Shown in pieces: positions 45,150 to 60,244 of a stretch of DNA of 64,000 nt. The notes beneath the pieces were generated by a model. The model searched no databases. It was not told where the DNA came from and was given only the letters and a program-made list of their open reading frames with translations. Position 1 is the first letter of the stretch, and the number at the start of each line of letters is the position of its first letter. The stretch lies in NCBI GenBank assembly GCA_964057225.1, contig OZ059899.1, positions 7,130,001 through 7,194,000 on the forward strand, read 5' to 3'. Both the position numbers and the translations under genes were made by a program. Origin of the DNA: Auanema rhodensis (taxonomy: Eukaryota > Animalia > Nematoda).

Positions 45150-45153
45150 CGTT
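45108..45153. repeat. Perfect 46-bp palindrome: (TA)n flanked by AACGTT
   Basis: AACGT(TA)nACGTT is its own reverse complement. Confidence 0.92.
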
Positions 45154-48100
45154 GCTCTTAACTATTATATTATTAATTCTAGTAATAATCATTTGAATTA
45201 TGAAATTTTGTTTAGAATATATATTTCTAGAGTTAGTGTTCTATATTCTGACAAATTATTTTTAAAAATACTTCTTATTGCTTATTGTCATATTAACTTT
45301 ATGAGTTTTACGTCTGTATGTTCAAAAATCATTACTATTGGTTGAATTATTGTTAGAATGGTCTCTTTATGGTCTTGCTCAGTTAATGTTTTTCGCTCTT
45401 CTCTTTTTTTCTCATTTGGTCTTCTTCACTTCTGTTTTCGGTTAAACTGATCGTTAAGCGATTGTTAACGTCTGATGTCTTTGATTGTTTCACGTTTTGC
45501 ATCTATCTATCTGCTATGTTTGAGATACTATTCGCCATTCAACTATAACAACAGATAGAAGATTTGTGCTCATTACGTTCTTGAAGCTATAGTGGACCAT
45601 TAGTCGAGTAAGATAAAGAGGTAATGATGATGGAGATATTGTGGTTGAATGAGAGATGAAGAATAAAAGTGGAAAGGATGGACGAGTAACATTCTTTATC
45701 GTAGTGTTACTTTTCTTCTTCTTCTCCTTCTTGTTCTTCTTGTCTCCGTCTTCGTTTTCCCTTATCCTCTATCTATGTCAATTTGTATGCTCACGTGCGT
45801 GGGCGTCGGCGAGTAAGCAACCGACTGAGCACTAGATCGTCGTCAGCGTTGTCCTCACTGCTTCGGCCAGTACCTTGCCACCTCGTATTGAAACACTTTA
45901 TTTGAATTAGCCTACAGCTGTCCGAATCGTGTACTGTTCCAATCTATACCTGCAAGATGATCATTGGTGATGTTCGTACAAAATTGTATTGTCGCTAATG
46001 ATGACGAATAAGAAAGCATTGACGAATATCATTGGAGAAGCCGTATGAGGGTGACAGGTTGAAGCGAACATGTATGTTTTTCTTTGCTGATCTTGTCTCA
46101 GTTTCAACTGTCATAACGCTTGTTAATATGTAGGTCGCTTGAAAATCAGCTGGCAATGATCACATTGCTATGCTGTACAGACTGCGCACTCATCATGTGT
46201 TCCGACTTCATAATCATATAGGATAGACGACATGATGACGTCAAATTCGTAGACGGCTTGAAGGTCAAATCCATAAAAACAAAAAGGTTACCTATCTGGC
46301 AAGAACTTGATGCCAGGTCGTGGAACCGCATTTGATATCATGATTGGATTCGTCTAAATGGCTCAGGTAGCAGCACACTTTCTTCTCTTTTGACTCCGGG
46401 TAGAGTTATTTCATAGGCAGAGAAAAGAAAACATTGATGAAGATAACTAATCATAGTGTGAATACGAAGACTGGGATTTGATTAGTTTTACGCGTCCCGT
46501 ATCAGAACTGGGCAACTGTTCTTAGAAAAATTTCTCAGCTCTACGTCTCTATGATCATCTCACATGCTTTCTCTAATTCTCTTCACTTTGAAGTTATACT
46601 TCGTAATCTTAGTCATCTATTTTCATTCGTGCTCATTCAAATATAAGTTTATGAAGCTATGCTGTGTTAATTACTTTCAAACTTGATACCTCAACACAAC
46701 CTTCTTCATTACTTCTTTTCTTATCTTGACTTTGGCGCTAATATCGTCGTTTTCTATCAGCTTCTATGTTTCAACTTCCAAATTCATGTTGCAAACTCAT
46801 TTTTTCTTCTTTTCAACTTCGCCTTTTGAACATAGGGATGCTGTGTGACCTTCTGCCGGCCTGACGTCTCGTCTAGTCGCCACTCTTTTGGACCAAAATC
46901 ACTCTCCTGTGGTCGTCTTGTTGTAGTTGGTAGTCCGACAGACCGCGAGGTGAAGACGAGAGGAGATAGAACTGAATACGAATACATACATGTATAGAGA
47001 ACACGATAAGCATATGATGAATAAGGGAGAAAAAAGACATGCAGGCATATAGAGAAAGTTAAACGGGGCCAAAACGGCCCTTTAAGGCAAATGAAGGTGC
47101 GCCGATTTTCTACGATATGAAGAGAGAGAAAGAAGGAAGAGAGAGAGAAGCAGAGAGAGAAAAGGAGAAGGGGGGAGTAAGGTTAAGGGACTGTGCGACT
47201 GCGTGACGCGATGCGTCCTCCAGCATTCGCACAGCACCGTCTTATCAGTCGTCAATCGGCAACTACGTCGTCCCTACCAGCAACGTTGATCATCTGACTA
47301 TCCGCACCGGCGATGATTCCTGTTCTCTTCCAATATTTAATATGAATTTATATTGTTATCTTATGTGTTCGGATCAATTCTGAAGCTATTTTTTGGCTAT
47401 TCCTCAGATATATTAAATCTTAAGCCACAAATAACAAAACTGCTAAAACTGATATGCTTTGATTATTTAAAATAAAAAAACATTCGGAATTGACTGTTTG
47501 TCGTTGCTCCTATAATCCATAATTGATTCATGCTTTGATGTGAAGTCAGTTGTCATATTCCAACTTAAATTATTATCTTTTAATCAATTTATAAAAATAA
47601 TAATTAATATTAATTTAAATAATAATTATAATATTATTTTATATAAATATGGATGATCTGTTAATATCTTTCTTTATATATTTCACCTTTCAGTTCATTA
47701 TCATATTCATGTTCTTCATCTCTTTATCTATATGATATAATATATATTATTATTATTATTATTTATTTTAAATTATTTTATTTTTTCATAATTTTTCATA
47801 ATTATTATATTTTATTTTAATTTTTAAAATCATTTATTTATATATATATATATTTATAACAAAATTTCATTTTTATTCTTCTTAAAATTAATTTTCACAG
47901 AAATTACAACAGATATTCAGCATAAGCTTATCATTATGTATTTCAAGAGATGTTTAGTCATTTTTTTAATTTTAATCATTATTATTGATTATACAGATTT
48001 ATAGTAAATTAATTATTCCTATCTTTTCAAATATATTCAACCACCTGTATTAGATTATCAATCTAGCTTTTGCTATCTATTTGGATACTAGATAGAGTTC

Positions 48101-48813
48101 CCTATGGCACAATTCAGTGGAGGAAGGATTCAAGCCACTAACGAACAGCCGTCATCAGCCTTTGTGGTTTGGAGAGCTGGACGGGTGGGGTGGGGAAGAC
48201 AGAAGAGATGGGGTGGGGTGTTAGGGTTGTGGGGGAAGTAGATCTAGACGAGAAGAAAGATAGAAAAGATGATATCGATTAGCTATGATCACTTGTATCC
48301 CTGTCTCCAGGCACATCACCCACTTGTTCCACCAGGTGATCATCATATGTTTCCTGTTAAGAATATCTTTTTTATCATTTATTTTAATAAAAAAAGGTAA
48401 TCATTTTCATTTAATACATTCAAAAGAACATATTCTTAATACAAAAATGATATAATCATGATTACTACTCTCTTTTCCTTTAATTCTTTCTATTTTTCTC
48501 TCTTTCTTTCACTTCATCTTCTCTCTATGTTTCATGTTATCCATCTAACGTCAATGAAATGATATTACCAGTTGTATTGTCATATCGTCAGAATTTATTT
48601 TTCTTTTTTTTTTGAAATATAATACCATCAAAGAGAATATGTTTCATATCTTTATTATTTCAAATACATCATTATATTATATAATATATTCTTCATTTAT
48701 TGTCATTCATTAGACAAGATGTACTGATAATCTATCTTTTTCACAACCTATTTCCTTTTCATCATTTAAACACTTTTACTACTACTTGTATGTATTCCTC
48801 CTATTAGTTTAGG

Positions 48814-48843
48814 TTCTTCTTCTTCTTCTTCTTCTTCTTCTTC
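48814..48843 (+). repeat. (TTC)n microsatellite
   Basis: About 10 TTC units directly visible. Confidence 0.9.
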
Positions 48844-50740
48844 TGTTTATTTTTCTTAATATCATTTTGTACGTTTATCACAGAGCTAATAACTACCGGT
48901 CGTAGTTAAAGTCAGAATCTGTTGTCTCGTGACCCCCATAGTTCCCCTATTTCTCTAACTATCAGTTACCATTCCCGTTCTTTGAGTCGTTTGCCACCTA
49001 GCTTTTTCTGGATTTAGTATTCTCTACTATAAAAACTTTAATTATTCTTATTTATTATAATACATATATAATATATTTATGATTATAATTCTTTTAATCA
49101 ATGTTTATTCTATCAAAATAATTATTTTTGAATTGTTTACAATCAATTTAATTTAATTTTTTATTCAAATTAATATTTATAAACAAATTATTTATTTCAT
49201 TTTTTAATTTTTTTAAAATTTTTTTAAAATTACTTCTAATATAAATTTTCTTTTTTTTTCCTTTTCAATGTGCACAATAATATTTGCAACCATTGTGGGA
49301 GATATTGTTATCAGCTTATCATTTTAATGGTTTGGTTTCCGCTTTTACCTCTATTTCATGTTCTCTTTTCAACTTAATCGTTTCATGATTTATCCGATAA
49401 CCTCTCACTTTTTTTTTTCAAAATCTATGTAAGCATTTCTCTTGTGCTCATTAAATATTCAACTATAGATAAAGCTTAAATCATTTCAGCTTTTAGTTAT
49501 AAACTATATGTTTTCATATTGTTATACTTACTATTCCTTATTTTTCTTTTTCTAAATATTTTTATTCAGTTTTTAGATAAATCCTTCAATCATTAATACT
49601 GATTGTTTCAGCCAGACAATCCTTGTTATATCTTATCCTCATCCCATTATTACATGGCGCCTACTTGTCGCCATTGGTGTGTCATGCAATACCGTACCTA
49701 TAGCTTATTCTAGGCTTTCATTATATTTTAAATGTTATTTTTCACTATTTTCTACCTATAGTTATAACGTTTTCAGACAATCTTATATTTATTTATTTAT
49801 ATATTAATCTACATACATATGATGAATTCAGATTACTGTGTTTGCATTCTCTTAACTATGTGCTTTTCTACAATATTCTTCAAAATTTTATCATTTTTGT
49901 TTGAATTCATTTTTTATTAAAAATTAAGAAAATAACATAAATATATTTATTATCTCATATCATGATAATTTGATTCCTTTTAACTATTCTTTATTTCATT
50001 TGATATATAAATTTATTTGAATCTTATCCGGGTTCTTTAAAAATATTTTTTTATTCTGTAATCAACTTCAAAAGATATAGCTCTTAATGCTCAATTAAAA
50101 GTTCGTGATGTGATGTCATGTATGTAACATTCTTTCATATGTTTTTCTTTTCTTAACCAGAAACATATACATATATATAACTATATATGTATATATATAG
50201 TTATGAATGATTAGGATAGGTAAGCAATATGTATCTATCCATCTATATACTATATACATATAAATAGATCAATCAATAGTTTTGTCTTATGAGTTGTTAT
50301 ATGAAACTTAAAGGTGATGATGAATCATTAGTTGATTATTCCTTTTTTTTCCTCAACTATTTGACTCTCTGTGTTGTGCTTTTCAACATTCATATATTAT
50401 ACAATATGTATTATATTTATCTAAAAATACATTTGAATTCATCTTTATTTCATTTTTATTTTATAAAATAAATATTATATATATCTACTTCCTTTCTTTT
50501 GATAATATTATTTTAATTCTTTATTCCCACAATTGACATGTGCAGTTTATCTTTCTTATCTTTCTGCGACACACCTTTTGCCACTCTTACGCGTTACTGT
50601 TTTTCAATTGTCAAAAAATCTTTTTCTATATTTAAAGATATTACTGATTTTATTCTGTTTATATATATATATATATATATATATCTTTCTATTATATAAT
50701 ATATAATATATTTTATTCTTATTCATTATCTTTAGGGGTG

Positions 50741-53040
<2,300 letters not shown>

Positions 53041-55191
53041 CTATATATTATCACATTGATATATACCAAAAAAGAAATCTGCGTTATTTATAGGCTTAGC
53101 CTACAACCTTATCATGTACAATACAGGGCTAATATTATCTATTATGGACAATATTATGTTTTTTTTTGTTCATAGTTTACAAAGAATATCTATTCTCTTT
53201 TCATAGAATATGTCTCTTGCCTGCACCGATGTAATCCTTCGATTTAACAGAGTTTTTTCTTTATAGTCTGCTATTCATTCATTCATTCTCTCTCTATATA
53301 TCTATCTATCTATCTCTCTCTCTCTGTCTGTCTCCCTCTCCTTGTCTCTCACTCTCTCTCTCTCTATTTATATATTTCCCCTCTTAAGCTTGAACATCCT
53401 TTTTCTTCATATTATATGGCAAATTATTGTACCCTAAACCTATATAGTCTTAGATGCATGTAAATAACCGAAATATGTGAAATATCCATTTTCTTTTTTT
53501 TTTCCAACTAAATAGATTACATTCTCTATACGTTTTTAAAACGTTTGAGTTTGATTTTTCTAAATTTACTCTAAATCACTTTAGTATCTATTCCTTTTTT
53601 CTCTCTTCTAATGCTTCAAGCAAAACTTTTAAAGTTTATTTGGTCAATAATTTTTCATAAAAGAATGGATACACATAGTGATATGTAATTTCTATGAATA
53701 TACACATACACATGCATGGTCGTATCTTTTTGTTTGAAATATCTCAGAGAACAAAAAATTTTTTAAAAATTAAATATTTTTTTCTATAAAAACAATATCT
53801 GAGATATAATTTATAGTATATAAATAGCCTATACCTAATTTTCATTTCCTTCCCCTTACTTCCCTCCTCTCTCCCCCCCCCAACCCTTGTTCAATATAAT
53901 TCCTTCATTTTTTCTGTCATGGAACGAATCGTGTCTCAAATCGTTCCTAATCGTGATCCATTCATAGATTTGCCATTTTTCATCTTTAAAAGTGATATCG
54001 ACCAAGCTGTCAGTGATCTAATAATATCATTTGGTTTGGTATACCAAATTATATTCTGTCTGTATAATTCTTTCATTTTATTATTTTAAGTTTTAAGACA
54101 TTTTCTTTTTCTTCTCCGTCTTCTATTTCTTCTCCTTTTTTTTCAAATTTTTATTTTTACAACTTCTTTTTTCTTCTTTTTCTTAACAACTTAAGCTGCT
54201 CGTCTTCAATCAAGCTAATTAAGTGGACCAAATTACTGTACATAAATCCACTTATAGCAGTTTCAAGTTGTGTCCAGCATTTTCATCTAGTTTCTTTTTT
54301 TTTTCTGAATGTTTCATGCACCCTCATGGATATCAATGTATTCTGATAAATTTTAAATACTTATATATATTATATATATAATATATATAATATATATTAG
54401 TATTTAAAATAAATATAATTATCGTATATTATTCTTTATTTTTGTAATTTATATACAACAAATTTTATGAAATAGAAACAATTCCAATTCTATATATTCA
54501 ATCAATTATATAAAAGAAAAGAAAAGGAAAAACACAACACAACATATAACAAACTACACTACATACTTCAAAGTTTTTAATCTTTATTTTGCTGATAAAT
54601 TATAATGGGCGGAGTTATAAAAATGTATTTAAATAATATTTTATTCATAAATATATACAAATATATATGATTTTCTAGATTAAAATCATATATTTTATTA
54701 ATTTATATTATTTTTTAATTAATATAATATTTCATATTTATTGATATATTATTTTATTTAAAATTTAAAATAAAATATTATTTATATGTAATCAATAAAT
54801 AAATTAATATTTATAAAATATATTTAATCTGTTTTTTTCATCTTTAATGTAGTTGATTTATCATGGTCCTAGAATTACCAGATTGTTCGAGAACACGAAT
54901 TAATATGATGACAATTAGAAACGTTAAAAGGGCGGGCGACGTGGTCTCTTGCCGTGGTGTAGGTAGATCGTGTTGCTGTTTGTCCTTGTAACTGAACAGT
55001 TTTCTTTCAATTTCATTTTTCTCAGGAGACTTTAGTCTCTGTTTGTTATTCTTGCGTTACATTGCCTGTTTTTCTGATGGAATTGAAGATACATCCTGCT
55101 ATAAGCTTGTTTTGTTTCTTATTTTGTCTTAAAATTCTTTGCTATATTTCATGATAATTTATTTGAGTTTCGTACGAAAAAGCTAGCAACC

Positions 55192-56053
55192 ATGGTTTAC
55201 AAGTTGACATATTTCAACTGCAGAGGTAGTTTTCAAATGTTTTTCCTATTCACACTCTTCATTAGGACTTGGTGAGCCAATTCGTCTCATGCTCGTTGAT
55301 CAGGGGATTGCTTATGAGGATGAGCGCTTTGAAGTTTCTGAATGGCCACAGTTCAAGCCTTCCATGGTAAAATATATAATTTTCAATTGAGTCAGAACGA
55401 AAAGAAAATTATAGACATTCGGACAAGCTCCAGTATTGTACGAAGGTGATAAACAGATTGCTCAAACTGGAACTATTAACCGTCACTTGGCCAGAAAACA
55501 TAGTGAGATTACTAGTTTAGTGAAAGTCAAGAAAGAATCAAAATGGTTATAGATTTGAATGGAAGCAATGAATGTGAATCAACCTTCATTGATATGGTCT
55601 TTGAAGGATGTCGCGATTTACGTACCAAATACGGTGCTATCATATACGGTAACTTTGAAGCTGACAGACATCAATTTGCTACTGAAGTTATTCCTCAACA
55701 TTTTACTGTATTGGAAAATCTTATGAAAACATATTGTAATGGAGAGAAGTTTGTTGCTGGTGAAAAGGTGAAGAATTCAAGAAAAGAGATAGATAATGAT
55801 GAAAATCCTCTTAGATATCTTACGTCGATTATTCTTTATTCGAGCTTCTCGACATAATGCTTGTTCTGGAACCAACTATTCTTGACAAGTTCCCTATTCT
55901 CAAAGCGTTCCATAGTAGAATGAATAGCAGACCATCTCTTCATGTAATACCTTTTCCATTTACAAAATGTATTTCTTATAAAAATTAATTTAGGCTTATC
56001 TGGAGAAGAGAGCTATTTCTAATATTCCTATTAATGGAAATGGAAAACAATAA
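55192..56053 (+). CDS. Glutathione S-transferase, pi class (gst-1-like)
   Basis: MVYKLTYFNCRGLGEPIR, FGQAP, ISYVDYSLF and C-terminal PINGNGKQ*, typical of pi class. Confidence 0.93.
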
Positions 56054-57831
56054 ATGCAAAATGAGAATCAATTTTTTTTTTCAAAATAAATTATGAATAT
56101 TGAACGTATTTTACATAAAATCAGCCAAACATAATAATTATTCAAACATTTTAAAAAATAATTAAATTCATCCCTATCCTCTATACTATAAAGTCAAAAA
56201 AAGGTTTTTTTTTGTCATTTAAAGCTAATATTCATCGTTTTTTTTTCTATTCTCATGTGTATGTATAAATACCTCATGTAAAGTTACAAACTGAACAATT
56301 TACGTAAAAAACTCGTTTATTTTTCAATTCAAGATGTTATTATTGACTTTAACTTTTCAACATTTGAGAGAAAGAAATAGACCGAAAAGAAATGTTTTCA
56401 AAAGTTCTCAAAACTTTTTTTTTTTTTGAAAAGCTTTTAAAGGCTTTTTTCTGTTTTTTTTTAAACATTGTTTTCAGTTGAAAAATATCAAATGTTCCCA
56501 TATTTTTCCTAAGATAAGAGAAGTTTTGTTCAAAAATTAGAAGAAAAAAGATAACGTTCATTCTGATAAGAAGCATATTAAACCTGAACTTTCCTGCAAA
56601 ATTTGTACGTGATGTTGTTCATCATTCAAATGAATATTTTCATTCGTTTTTACATAAAAATATAAAAATAAATCTTTAAAAAGATCATTTTCATGCATTT
56701 TTTAGTTTGTTATATGTTTATATTATTATTTTTATATAAACTAACAATAACATTTAAATGAATGTTTTGTGAATAATAATAAGTTTTTTTAAAATAAATA
56801 ATTTCATTTTAATTGTATTTTAACCTTTATTTACCCTTAAACACATAAATGTTATTTTCATGTAGTCTCTTAACATGAAAATAACATTTATTTTTTTATT
56901 TTTTTTCTTTAAAATTTAATATATAAGTTAGCAATAAGTTGTATTTAATTTGCCTTGTTTCATCAATTTCTAATGCTGATTAACTTTCGTAAAAACATTT
57001 TTTTCTTAATTAGGATTAAATCTATCATTATTTACCTCATCTAGTTTTCATACTATTTATCTATCTGAATGACATCACATCTTGAATCGAATGTCATCAT
57101 CCCTTTCATACCCTCTCGAAAAACTTTAATTCTTCAAGGACAAAACACAACTTTTTGTGTTGATAATGAAGTTTTTTCTTCCAATTTACTTTACATAATT
57201 ACGAAAAAAAACGAAAAAATAAACGAAAAAGTTCGTTTTAATATTAAATTTCAAAGTTGGCATTCAGATTAATGCTTAAAACCTACTTCTCATATCTACT
57301 TTTCTGAGTAAAAATATAATGTCAAATAGTGAATGTATTGAATATAAAAATAGAAATATTAAATGGTTTTTAAGAATATTCAAGTAGTTATTCTCTTCAA
57401 TTTTCAGAAAGAATTTTTGAATATTTTATAATAGTCTTAAAATAGTTTTTTGTTATAAGGATAAAGTTTGAAAGTAGAAAAGAAAAATAAAAAATAAAAA
57501 TAAATTTCAATCAATGAAAGTGATAAAACAAAATTTTAAAATATCATAACAATACATTGAAACATTATACTAAAAAGGAAAAATGTAATAAAACATTTTT
57601 GAATTAAAATGATGAAAAACAAAACAAAAAAACTAAAAACAAGTAAGATATATAATGAAACAGAGTAACAATGCAATAAAGACTGCAATAAGTTTGTACC
57701 ATGTTAAGCAATATAGAAAATTGAACTTAAACGAAATGTTTTCTTTATATATTCTATTTCATAGTAACAGTTGTCCTCTTCTGAAATAAGTATATCCGTT
57801 GCATATAATGTTCTTCTCGGCAAAGATTTGT

Positions 57832-57903
57832 GGCCGAATGGTCTAGGGGTATGATTCTCGCTTTGGGTGCGAGAGGTCCCGGGTTCAAATCCCGGTTCGG
57901 CCC
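57832..57903 (+). tRNA. tRNA-Pro (anticodon UGG)
   Basis: 72-nt cloverleaf, acceptor stem GGCCGAA/TTCGGCC, anticodon TGG 57864-57866, GGTTCAAATCC T-loop, T5 terminator just downstream. Confidence 0.98.
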
Positions 57904-58342
57904 AAATTTTTGAATTTTGGTGTTATATTTGTACTGTAGCAATTTTCAGAATCAAACCATGTATCTCTTTTGAATATTTTTTAATAATTAATTTAAAATA
58001 CATTTAAACATTATGAATGTTCCATGCTTTATCTCATTCTGCTTATATCCATCACAATGGGCGAAATTTGAAAATAACGAACGAAGAAAATGTTATTAAA
58101 TCATACATCATTTCTCGTCTAATTGCACATTCTACTCATTATACATTAGGATGCAGAACTAGTGGAGTTGTGTATGGAAACAGCAGAACGTGAAATGAAC
58201 AAAAACAGAAAATAGGTGAAAAAAAAAAAGAATAAAATTATAATTATTATACATGAAGAAAACATATATTATAAATTACATTATTATATAAGATATCTAG
58301 AAGTTGTTACGCCTTTTCATGGAGAAGATGAGATGATTAGTA

Positions 58343-60129
58343 TGAGGTAGATAGTGTACGAGGTTCATACATTGTGAGGGACAAGTAAAAATACCATACA
58401 GAACAATACAATTTTCAAAAAAAAATTAAGAAAGGCTCACGTGCTTCTAAATTACATCTTTTAAAATAATTCTATATTTGTTTTCTGGGTGAAAAAAAGC
58501 TGCGAAACCAATAAAAAATAAAACAAGGGGACTAACAACAAAACGAAAAAGAGAACAGGAAAGTATATGCCAATACAGGTAGATGCAAATACCGTATACT
58601 AGCGGAACCGGTGTGTAAACGTAGGCAGATATACTTAACTATTATACATGGAAACAGATATCATGAAGAAAATATAAATTTTGATTGGTCATCTCTAGAT
58701 TTGATAGATTGTGTTGCTTGTTCTCACAAGCAGGAAATCCAATAATCAGAGATTGAGCCTACGTATGTTATAGATGTGTCTATCTACAGCTTGAAAGCCT
58801 AAATTGAAGCGCCGAAAAATGCAATACATTGAGTTCATAGAGAATTTTGTTTCACAAAAAAAAAATAAAAAAACGAGCGTTGTAGATGAACACAGTCCAC
58901 TCATAAACCACCAAAATTTCAACAAAAGAATTGAACGATGTTATAAAACACAACAAAGAAATAGAATAGTTATTTCATATCTAATTCATCACTGTGTTCA
59001 TTTAGCTTCATAATCTATTTCCAAGTATGATAATAATCTTGTATACAGATTTTGACCTCGTGTGTAAATATCTTTTATAGAGTGAGAATAGAGGTATAAT
59101 CAATGAACACAAGTCTCTAGTTCAGCAAAAGTTTATCATACAAAAGATCTCTTCAGAAAGCTAAATAAAAATTTTTGAAGATAAATAAAAAAATTCCAAA
59201 TCAACTAGTGATTCTGAAGTCCCGCAAAGATAGGTGGTATATGAGGGCATACTCTAGATTAATAATTCTTAAACTTTAAAAGAAAACATGTATAGAACAG
59301 GCTAGCAGGGAATTATTAAACGAAATAATTAAAAATAAACTTTTTCTCAACGGAAACGTTTTGGAAGGATTACTTCAACTTTTTTGAAACAAGGATAAAA
59401 ATATTTTTGGCGTTAAATAAATCACCAGGTACAATACACACAGGTAAGGAGGTAACTGGTACAGTAAAACCGGATTTGAATAGAATTTGACTGTCAGAAT
59501 GAAACGAAAGATTTTCTTCGTTCACTTCCGGTTAACAGCTGAGGTAGATTAGATGAGGTGGTTGTTAATAAAAACATAAAATATACTTTGTAGTGAGAAG
59601 ATCTGATCGTAAGCTGGAGCCTAACGACAAGAGTACGCACGAATCGATTGCGAGAAAATTGGGGTGGGGGATTGGTTCGAGGTAGTTGTAAATAGACGTA
59701 GATAGAAGAGAGGTATGACCAGATTGCTAGACGGTCTGCAGCTTGTATATGGCTAACCGGCCAGGTACACACACACACAGAAAGTCCCGCATTATGTTTG
59801 AGATGATGAACAGTTTAAGATTATATGATTGATAATAAACTGAGAAATATCAGGAGATTGAGTAATGTATATGATGAATGAAGTATAGATTACATAGAGA
59901 AACTCATATACATGTAAAAACGGGATCTTTCTAGCTGAAGCTATGCGGAGAGTTCCGGCTGAACCGGCAGCTCAAGTAACAACGTTCAAACCGGCACTGG
60001 GCATGACACTGGACCTGGATAATAAACATGAGGTTGTTGGTACGGAAACTCCGACGTTTGAGGTAGATTAATAGGGAGGTATAATATATGATTGAGGTAA
60101 GCCAGTGATCACGCCAGTTGCAGAGGTAG
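58343..60129 (-). promoter_or_regulatory. Cluster of let-7-family seed-match sites in the putative daf-12 3' UTR
   Basis: Read on + as miRNA-sense: TGAGGTAG at 58343, 59540, 60059; GAGGTAG at 59679, 60123; TGAGGTA at 60093; GAGGTA at 59091, 59449, 59710, 60076. Confidence 0.85.
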
Positions 60130-60244
60130 ATAATATGGATATAACGAACAATGAAAGCAGCAGTACTGGACCAGGATTTGAATGAGTAAAAATAATTTCG
60201 AAAGATAGACGGCAGGAGGAAGGACTCATCTAGTTTCTTGTCCG

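Noticed and set aside
53091-53103. TAGGCT-T-AGCCTA palindrome with telomere-like sequence, considered as a programmed DNA elimination break motif
   Set aside because: Only 13 bp, located in the yap-1 3' UTR between conserved genes, with no telomere array nearby; cannot be supported without a motif model and telomere-addition reads.
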